From positions 71,982,001 through 72,046,000 of the forward strand of contig OX597826.1 in NCBI GenBank assembly GCA_951406725.2: 64,000 nt of DNA, read 5' to 3'. The position numbers and the translations under genes were made by a program. Position 1 is the stretch's first letter. Each line of letters starts with the position of its first letter. Shown here piece by piece: positions 53,776 through 64,000 of this stretch. The notes below the pieces were generated by a model. It did no database searches and was not told the DNA's origin. It saw nothing but the letters and a program-made list of their open reading frames with translations. The DNA is from Octopus vulgaris (lineage: Eukaryota).

Positions 53776-54232
53776 TCATCATCATCATCATTTAACGTCC
53801 GCTTTCCATGCTAGCATGGGTTGGACGGTTCAACTGGGGTCTGGGGAGCCCGAAAGCTGCACCAGTCCAGTCAGATCTGGCAGTGTTTCTACAGCTGGAT
53901 GCCCTTCCTAACGCCAACCACTCCGAGAGTGTAGTGGGTGAATTTATGTGCCACCGACACAGGTGCCAGACGAGGCTGGCAAACGGCCACGCTCGGATGG
54001 TGTTTTTTATGTGCCACCGACACAGGTGCCAGACGAGGCTGGCAGACGGCCACGCTCGGATGGTGTTTTTATGTGCCACCGACACAGGTGCCAGATGAGG
54101 CTGGCAAACGGCCACGATCGGATGGTGTTTGTTACGTGCCCACAGCACGGAGGCCAGTCGATGCGGTACTGGCTACGGCCACGTTCGGATGGTTTTCTTG
54201 TGTGCCACGTGCCACCGGCACTGGTACCACAA
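53776..54232 (-). mobile_element. Retroposon family C with expanded internal tandem unit of about 62 bp
   Basis: atgtgccaccgacacaggtgccagacgaggctggcaaacggccacgctcggatggtgttttt three times plus diverged units. Confidence 0.92.
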
Positions 54233-55119
54233 AGATACAGATTCCATTGATGTTCATCTATTTTGATTTGTTTATATATATATATATATATATATTTGTA
54301 TGTATGTGTATTAATGTGTGTGTGTGTGACTTTGTGATTGAGTTTGTTCATCACCACCACCACCTTGCTTAACAGTCAATGTTGGTTTGTTTACATCCCC
54401 AAAATTTAGCAGTCTGGTAAAAGAGACTGATAGAATAAGTACCAGACTTTAAAATAAGTTCTGGGAGGTTTGACTAAACCTTTTAAGAGGTGCCCCAGCA
54501 TGGTCACGATCCAGTGACTGAAACTAGTATAAGTGAGAGAAAAGATAAAAGAAGCAAATACAAATCTTTAATTTTTGATTAAATTTTTTAATTGTTTGTT
54601 CAGATAAACCCATTCCAAGAAAGTATCAAATGGGCTGCAAGATAAGTCTGTGGGCCGCAAGACAAAAGCCTGTGGGACACATGCGGCCTGTGGGCCTCAG
54701 GTTGGCCAGCCTTGTTTTATATAGTCATTCAAATGGCTAGAAATAGCAACCAAATTTTCTCTCTTAAATTGCTATGACACTGTGCTGGTGTTACGTAAAA
54801 AGCTCCCTTTGAACGTTGGGTCTCATGGAGGCAGTAACAAGTGACTGAGACCTTTCATGATATACCATGCTTGAGAAAACCTGTCAAACCAAGTAAAATT
54901 ATGTTCATGGCCGATGTCGATGTTACGCAACTGGCACCCATGCCAGTGGCATGTAGAAAGCACCGACTACACTCTTGGAGTGGTTGGCATCCAGCCGTAG
55001 AAATACTGCCAGATCAGACTGGAGTCTGGTGCAGCTTTCTGACTTACCAGTTTTCAGTCAAAATGTCCAACCCATGCCAGCATGGAAAACAGACATTAAA
55101 TAATGAAATGATGATGATT

Positions 55120-55151
<32 letters not shown>

Positions 55152-55213
55152 GATGATGATGATGATGGTGATGACGATATTGAATAATGCAAGTCCTACA
55201 TGAATGAACTGCA

Positions 55214-55254
<41 letters not shown>

Positions 55255-55490
55255 GACAATCATACATGTGTACACTGTCTGAGAGAAAGATAGTAAAGTT
55301 TGGCTGGAATGGCTCCGATCATAGACACAGACCTGTCTGGTCGGGTCTGATTCGGGGTTAAACAACATCAACATTTTAAATAATGAACTACTGAAAATAG
55401 TTCTTTTAACAATCAGCCAGATTGTCAGCGAAAATTCTGTTCAAAAGCAAGAAAAATAAATAACTAAATTAAAACTAATGATGATGGTGG

Positions 55491-55532
<42 letters not shown>

Positions 55533-56166
55533 ATTCAATTACACACATACTCATGCACACAATCACAGTCATACAATCACACACTTACTGATATGCACAG
55601 TCTCGCATACACATACATGTACAGAATGATACACACAACAAACACATGCATGAAAATACACATATATATATACATACATACATACACATGTAAAAACACA
55701 TGCATATACACAGGCACACACACTGATGCATATACACACACACACACACTTGCACATCCATATATACATAGACATATATAGCATGGAAAGCGGACGCTAA
55801 ACGATGATGATAATGATGATGATGATGATGATGATGATATAGTAAAAAGTTACATATGCACAAACATGCAGAAAATCATATATATATATATATATACACG
55901 TACATCACATATATAGAAACACACATGCATATACATCTTTACACACACACACGCACACACACACATACTCCCTCTTTCTCTATCTCTCTGTCTGTTTGTC
56001 TGCCTGTCTCTCTCTCTCTCTCTCTCTCTTACACACACACACACAAACACACACATGTACAATTACATAATTATTCGTTGTGCGATGATTAACCAAAACT
56101 CAAGGTCTCTTTATGAAAGTCACACAATAGTGATGTTAATTGCAATGATGATGATGATGATAGTGT

Positions 56167-56207
<41 letters not shown>

Positions 56208-56212
<5 letters not shown>

Positions 56213-56347
56213 AATAATAATAATAACTAGCACACAATTTGATTCCACCTTGCCGGCAAACCTCTCCACTGAAATCCACAAAATTGAAACCTAAGCCTTT
56301 TGAGGATGATTTCAAGGCCTCCAGAAGAAGAAAGGTTAGAGGCAATA
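56208..56347 (+). repeat. Left arm of a long-range inverted repeat
   Basis: Reverse complement of 63419-63561 with 6 substitutions and one AAT unit difference (counted by eye). Confidence 0.93.
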
Positions 56348-56649
56348 TAAATACACTCTATAACAGCTATCCCAGCATGCAATGCTGCTGACTCCACCCT
56401 CAAGAGTGTTTACATAAGCATGCTCGATCAGGGCTGACACGGGGCTAAACAACACCGTCGGCAGCATTTACACCCAATAACCCTACATATACACTCGCTG
56501 TAGCTTCCTTTTGAACTGAGAAACATCCTAAAACATGGCCAACGGCTAGGTTTACCTCTCTTCACTACTTCACCTTCGACATAGTCCCAGCAACGTGGAA
56601 TCATTGATATCTTACTTCATTTAGTAACTTGAAGGTTTTATATTTCAGC

Positions 56650-57160
56650 AACTACCATCACCACTACAACAAACACTATCACCAGCATCATCATCACTAA
56701 CAACAACAACAACAACAACAACAGCATTATCGGCAACAGTACCACTACCAGCAACAACAACAACAACACTTATCACCGGCACCACCATCAGCAATGACAT
56801 TATCATTATCATCACCAAAAAACATTATCCCCATCATCAACAACAGCAATATTATCGCCTACAGCATTATCACCCACAACATTATCACCACCAACAACAT
56901 TATCAACGCAAACAACAACAACATTATTAGCATAACAGCATTATCAACACAAACAACATTATCACAAACACCACCACCAACAACATTATTGTCACCAACA
57001 TTATCATCACCACAACATTATTAACACTACCACCAACAACAACATTAACACCAACAACATTATCAACACTAAAAACAACATTATCACCATCAAAAACAAC
57101 ATTATTACCACTTCCATCACCAACAATATCACTTCTACCATCATTACTACAACCACCAAT
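56650..57160 (+). repeat. Degenerate aacattatcacc / (AAC)n low-complexity array
   Basis: Direct reading. Confidence 0.8.
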
Positions 57161-58291
57161 GCTCTCTGCACAATTCTCAGTGTGGGGTTGATAGTGTTGG
57201 TGGTAGTAGCAGAGATTGTAGTACTAGTGGTAGTGATGATAGAGTTAATATTGACAGTTGTAGAATTGACTGTATTAATGATAGTAACTTTGGTGGTGGT
57301 CATCATCGTTTAATATCTGTTTTCCTTGCTAGCATGGGTTGGACAGTTCGACCGGGGTCTGGAAAGCCAGGAGACTGCACTAGGCTCCAGTCTGATCTGT
57401 ACCAGAGGAAGCTGGCAACGGCCACAATTGGTTGGTGCTTATTATGTGCCACCGGTCAAGGTGGTGCTGGCATCGGCCACATTCGGATGATGCATTTTAT
57501 GTGCTACCAGCACAGGTGTAATAAAAGTGGTGTTGGTGGTAGCAGTGATAGTAGTGTTGATGCTAGTGTGGCACTAGTGTTGCTGTTAATGTCGTAGTAG
57601 TGTTATTCTGAGTGTGGTAGTAGTACTGGTGGTTGTGGTGATAGTAATCTTGATGGCAGCTGTAGTGAAAATTGTGTTGGTTGTCATAGTGATAATAATA
57701 ATGTGCAACTGATAGAGACAAAGTTTCTTTCAACACACACATACACACACACACTTTGAAAGTGAAAGTAGACATGTATCCCAACCATCACCACATGGGT
57801 ATGTGTCGGTGGAATACCAGCCAAATATCATTGAAATCAGATACATTGGACAATGTAGTCCCTGATATACAAGGAGACGGGGTGGGCACATTTGGAACAG
57901 CTTTGATCGTAGATCTGCTAGATCAGAGCTGACCTGGGGATAAAGCAAGATCAATTTACATACACCAATAAAGCAATAAAATGCAATAACCAATGAAAAT
58001 AAAGCTTCTGTGTGCCACACGACCAGTCTAACAATAAGCAATGACGGCTTCTTAGCAAGCCACATGACATGGCTTATACACACAAAGAGAAAACTTCAGT
58101 GTCAGTCATATGACCTGACTTATAAACCAGCCAATGGGAGCAGATATATCAATGTCAATCACATGACCCAACCCAAACAGTAACCATGTAGCCAAGGTTA
58201 ATGAACTGCCATGTCAGTCACATGACCTAGCTTATACAGCAGACTGAAGAGTTGGACTATTAAGTTCTGACCGAGCAAATATTTAACTGTT

Positions 58292-58386
58292 CTATATGCC
58301 ATGGGCATATGGCGTAGTGGTTAAGAGCGCGGGCTACTAACCCCAAGATTCCAAGTTCGATTCCAAGCAATGACCTGAACAATAAC

Positions 58387-58429
<43 letters not shown>

Positions 58430-58565
58430 TCGAAAAATACCTTAGGAATGAGAACCCCGGTTCAAAATTTTTCCAAGACACCTGATGAAAACTGAACCAG
58501 TATATCAGCCGAAACGTTGTGTTAACAACAAACAAGATGAGGACAAATATCCATCAAATGTAAAT
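58292..58565 (+). mobile_element. tRNA-headed SINE-like element with internal (AAT)n and hammerhead-bearing tail
   Basis: A-box tggcgtagtgg 58310-58320, B-box gttcgattcc 58355-58364, hammerhead 58477-58523, flanking direct repeat aaatatttaactg (58277-58289, 58562-58574). Confidence 0.82.
58477..58523 (+). ncRNA. Minimal type I hammerhead-like motif
   Basis: gacac-CTGATGA-aaa-ctga-accagtata-tcag-cc-GAAA-cg-tt-gtgtt; base of stem II mismatched (aa opposite cc) in this copy. Confidence 0.68.
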
Positions 58566-58697
58566 ATTTAACTGGTTTCTGTCAACCATAGTAAAAACAA
58601 TAACAACCACCAACACTCTCCCCACAACCATAACTGTCACTACCACCACTGCAACAAATATGAATCCCTATGTTTGTGTTTATTATTATTATTATTA

Positions 58698-58949
58698 TTG
58701 AGTGAGAGAGCAGTGCATGCCATCAAAGTGACACAGGGGTCAAATATACGAGGCCCAGTATACCCATCATGTCTACTCATCTGATAAGGGTACACCAGGC
58801 ACATGCATCACAACCATATGTATGCAACGTGGTGATCTCATACCAAGATAAACAGCACATGAACTTGCAGGTGGGGCCCAGTTAGAATCTTCTTCTGGTC
58901 GAGTAGCCCATCCCACTCAAAAGGTCCCTGAATAAGGTTTGTTTAGGGA

Positions 58950-58950
<1 letters not shown>
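58698..58950 (-). mobile_element. Retroposon family G 3' fragment
   Basis: Reverse complement of about 50178-50431. Confidence 0.85.
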
Positions 58951-58985
<35 letters not shown>

Positions 58986-58999
58986 CATTATTATTAATG

Positions 59000-59035
<36 letters not shown>

Positions 59036-59506
59036 AGGCGATGAGCTGGTAGAATTGCAAGCACAGCAGACAAAATGCCTAACAGTATTTCACCTATCTT
59101 GACTTTCTGAGTTCAAATTCCACCAAGGTGGACTTTGCCCTTCATCCTTTGCAGGTCAATGAAATACGTAGCAGTTATATTCTAGGGTTGAGTTAATCGA
59201 CTTACCCCACTCCATTGAAATTGCCGGCCTTGAGCCAAAATTCGAAACCATCATAAAGCAGTGAACTCGCAGAAACCTTACCATGCTGGACAAAAATGCT
59301 TAGTGGCATTTTGCCTCATCTTTTATGTTCTGAGTTCAAATATGCTGAGGTTGAATTTGGTTTTATCTTTTTGAGATCAATAAAATAAAAAAAAAACCTA
59401 TGAAGTACTAAGATCGATTTTATTGAGTTGCCCCCTCCCCTCAAAATTGATGGCCTTGTGCCAAAATTAGAAAGAATTGTTGTTATTATTATTATCATTA
59501 TTATTA

Positions 59507-59558
<52 letters not shown>

Positions 59559-60297
59559 GTTTTCGATGGTTTTATCTGTTGGTATTTTCTTGTAGTGTTT
59601 CTCGTTTGTTGTTAGTGTTTCTGTTGCTGTTGTTGTCATTAGGAAGTGAGAACTGAACAGGTGCACAGAGAAGGAAGAAGAGGAAGAAGAGACGACAAGG
59701 AAGAGCTTGTCGTGGCAGGAGGGGGAGTGTTCAAGAGTCTTGGAGGATTCTTCAGATTGCACAGAGAAATGTTACAGAAGAATATGGATGGATGAATGGA
59801 TGAGAGGTAGAATACATAAACGCCGCCACCCATACTCCATACACACTCATCTCGGCAACACCATTACTGGCACTGACACACACACACACACTTCACCATA
59901 ACCAAGTATATTACCAGACAGACCTCATCACCACGGCAACAGCAGAGGCTTCATGTATGAGCACCACTAATACAAGAGTTACATCACATACACAGTCATG
60001 GCTCTGTGGTTAAGAAGTCTGCTTCCTAACCATGTTGTCTTGGGTTCAGTACTACTGCGCAGTACCTTGTACGAGTGCCTTCTACTATGGCCTTGTGAGT
60101 AGATTTAGGAAACAGAAACTGAAAGAAGCCCATCATATATATATAAATGATGATGATGATGATGATTGATTGATTGATTGTTATATATATATAACAGAAA
60201 TATGTTACAAAAAGAAAATAGAAACTAAACGTGGAAATGTAAGGGGAAAGTAAGAAAAATCAACGAAAATGCACATTGTAAATAAAAAAAGAAAAGG

Positions 60298-60350
<53 letters not shown>

Positions 60351-60520
60351 TAATAATAATAATAATAATAATTTGAGGGAATATTATTCCAGACTTACAG
60401 GGAAAAATTCAATTTAGAAATACTAAATCAAATTAGAAAAAAAAAACACCTTTTATCAATTCAAAATGAAAAATTAAATTACACCATCTAGAAAATTACA
60501 TATAATAGAAATATTAAATA

Positions 60521-60613
<93 letters not shown>

Positions 60614-60934
60614 GTGGTACAACAAGGCACCAGTGTTTACTGAAAATAGAAGTCAATACATTCATGCTGCTATAGTAAAGCTTCAATGTGTATATACATG
60701 TATATACATGTGAGGGCAGCGAACATAAAAAAATTTCATCATACCTCTGGGAAGAACATTAGATAAATGGACAATCCAGAATTGGATAATCTATATATAT
60801 CCAACTCATGCTAACATGGACAACAGCTGTTAAATGATGATGATATATATATCATCATCATCATCATCATCATCTAATGCTTGAAAAATTAACATGCATG
60901 TGGCTGAGTACTCCATAGACACATATACTCTTAA

Positions 60935-61154
60935 ACCTTTCATTACCAACCCAGCTGAAACCACTTCTGTTTCTGAGTACAAATGTCTTGTCTTCAAAAG
61001 TTTTGAATTAAAATCTTCCACCTAACATTAGTCACAATTAATGTTCCTAATACTAGCTTAATGATAACTAAGTTATTTCACTAAATTCTTTGTTATATTT
61101 AAAGTAATTGAAAGAAACACAGAGCTTCTCAACAGAAATATGGTAACAAAAGGG
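60935..61154 (-). mobile_element. piggyBac-type MITE, family E
   Basis: TTAA at 60931-60934 and 61155-61158. Confidence 0.88.
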
Positions 61155-61185
61155 TTAAAATATATAATGGAGAAACCATTCTTAA

Positions 61186-61406
61186 CTCTTTCGTTACCAA
61201 CCTGGCTGAAACAGCTTCTGGCTCTGTAATATAAATGTCTTGTTTTCATAAGTTCTGAATTAAAATCTTCTACCAAACCTTAGTCACATTTTATGTTCCT
61301 CACACTAGCTTAATGATAACTAAGTTATTTTACTAAATTCTTTGTTATATTTAAAGTAATTGAAAGAAACACAGAGCATCTCAACAAAAATATGGTAACA
61401 AAAGGA
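61186..61406 (-). mobile_element. piggyBac-type MITE, family E
   Basis: TTAA at 61182-61185 and 61407-61410. Confidence 0.88.
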
Positions 61407-61503
61407 TTAAAGTAGTTCTCAGGGAGATCCAGCAAAGACTGGGAATGAATGACACTATCATTCATTCCCAGTCTTTGTGAAAACTCCCTGAGAACTACTT
61501 TAA
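61407..61503. repeat. TTAA-bounded hairpin between two MITEs
   Basis: ttaaagtagttctcagggag...caaagactgggaatgaatga / tcattcattcccagtctttg...ctccctgagaactactttaa. Confidence 0.93.
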
Positions 61504-61724
61504 CCCTTTAACATTTAAACTGGCTATATCCGGTCCAAAGTATTCTGCCTGTTTTATGTTCAAACAGGCCAGATCTGGTCTTTCACACCGACCCTACAAT
61601 ATCGTTTTAAAAATCAACAGCTACCTCATCAAAATATCATAGCTCCAAGATAATACCTGATTAGTTCAAGGCAATGTGGATAAAAAAGGATTAATTTTGG
61701 CAGAATAATGCAAACACTAAAGGG
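61504..61724. mobile_element. piggyBac-type MITE, second family
   Basis: TTAA-ccctttaac...actaaaggg-TTAA; interior unrelated to family E. Confidence 0.8.
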
Positions 61725-62117
61725 TTAAGACATGTGACAAGAGTGGCCACTTGAATTACTGGTACAACTCATTTTTGCCAGTTGAGTTGACTGGGGCAAC
61801 ATGAAATAAAGCATCTTGCTCAAGGGTACAACACATCACCGAGAACCAAACTCATGATGTTATGATCATGCACCACATACCCTAACAACTGAGCCACACG
61901 TCTTCATTTGGGTATAGTAAGGGGAATGAGGAGGACTGAAGGGTCTTGTAATTCTGTGATGCAGATGGTCTAACCATCAGCAATACAAAATTTAGGGAAC
62001 CAGCCAGCCAGCCAGCCAGCCTCCTGATCATCAATTAATTTGGTTGACAGTCTTTATTTCATACCAGAGGCTGCTCAGTTAAGTCGTTCCCTGGTGACAT
62101 AGGCACCACTCAACTTA

Positions 62118-62205
62118 GATTAGTTAATTAGTGACTTCAGAGTAAAAGCTAAATGGAATCAGAGATTAGTTAATTAGTAACTTCAGAGTAAAAGCTAAAT
62201 GGACT
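62118..62205 (+). repeat. Tandem duplication of about 45 bp
   Basis: agattagttaattagt-acttcagagtaaaagctaaatgga twice. Confidence 0.9.
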
Positions 62206-62509
62206 CAGGGAATCAGAGATTCTGGAGATGGACAGTGTTCAAGTTAAAGAGCTCTCAGTTGGATGTAGATTCAAAGAGGTTCAAGTTGATGCTTATGTCA
62301 GGAAGGAGAAGGTAAAACTTTATAACAGAGAGGAAGACTGGAAGTTCCTTTGAGACAATCTGCTGAGGAAAGCAGACGTGATATGATGGTAATGATGATA
62401 CATACATACATACATACATACATACATACATACATACATACATACATACATACGTACGTACGTACATACATACATATGTATACACACATATTTATGAATA
62501 TACATACAC

Positions 62510-63064
<555 letters not shown>

Positions 63065-63374
63065 CACACACAATCACACACACGTGCACACACACACACA
63101 CACAAACAAACACACACATACACTAATGGCATACATTGCTTGCTAACCTTCTTGCGGTCATTGACTCTTTCCAATCTAATTTCCCAAATAAAATAGTAAT
63201 AATAAATAACAGCATAATTATAGCTTTCTAACTTGCTAAATAGGTTAATATTACTCTCTGCAAATAGATATGAGAGATACAAAAGGCAATTTTAAACATA
63301 GGTGTTTTATAAATTACATATAATGGTAAAATAAGAGATATTTCCCCCACTTAGCATTTCTCTATTTTACATGG

Positions 63375-63417
<43 letters not shown>

Positions 63418-63418
63418 G

Positions 63419-63561
63419 TATTGCCTTTAACCTTTCTTCTTCTGGAGGCCTTGATATCATCCTCAAATGGCTTAGGTTTCAATTTTGTGGATTTCAGTGG
63501 AGAGGTCTGCCAGCAAGGTGGAATCAAATTGTGTACTAGTTATTATTATTATTATTAAAAT
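63419..63561 (-). repeat. Right arm of the long-range inverted repeat
   Basis: Reverse complement of 56208-56347. Confidence 0.93.
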
Positions 63562-63562
63562 C

Positions 63563-63594
<32 letters not shown>

Positions 63595-63673
63595 CATCAC
63601 CATCATTATCATCATCCCACCATCAGCACCACCAAAGCAACCATCAGCACTACCACCATCATTGTCGTCATTG

Positions 63674-63718
<45 letters not shown>

Positions 63719-64000
63719 CCACCACCATCATCATCATCATCATCATCACCATCATTATCATCATCCCACCATCAGCACCACGAAAGCAACCATCAGCACT
63801 ACCACCACCACCACCACCACCACCACCACCACCATCACCATCATCATCATCATCATCATCATCATCCATCAATTTTCCATTCTGGCAAGGGTTTGACAGC
63901 CTCGATGGCATCCAAAGAGACTGAGGACCATGGCTTGCTCTGATGTCTCAGCTTTAGCGAGGGCTTGAACCCAGAATGCAAAGAGCCGGAAGACATATAG

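Noticed and set aside
53940-54232. CRISPR-like regular repeats
   Set aside because: Units are contiguous with no unique spacers, lie within a dispersed retroposon, and no cas genes are present in this eukaryotic context
59643-59810. Possible + strand exon in purine-rich sequence
   Set aside because: Weak splice sites, low complexity, no recognisable protein

Overview
AT-rich, microsatellite-saturated animal genomic DNA with no long genuine ORF. Nearly all ORFs in the track are translated (TA)n, (CA)n, (TACA)n, (TATC)n, (GAT)n, (AAT)n or (ACC)n repeats. The repeat repertoire resembles what I recall of octopus (coleoid cephalopod) genomes; this is an inference, not a database result. The window contains several SINE-like families in many copies, piggyBac-type and hAT-type MITEs, a mariner made of two left ends, a 169-bp solo LTR, degenerate RTE-like and CRE/RLE-like non-LTR retrotransposons, minisatellites, and two tentative minus-strand exons. 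Two signals stand out. First, four unrelated short repeat families each carry a type I hammerhead-ribozyme-like motif of the Penelope-like-element kind, one of them fused to a tRNA-derived pol III head. Second, about a dozen local fold-back palindromes occur, with arms from 18 to about 160 bp, perfect to clearly diverged, several built from these same (TA)n-embedded elements. All alignments, foldings and translations were done by eye, and boundaries of degenerate elements are approximate.
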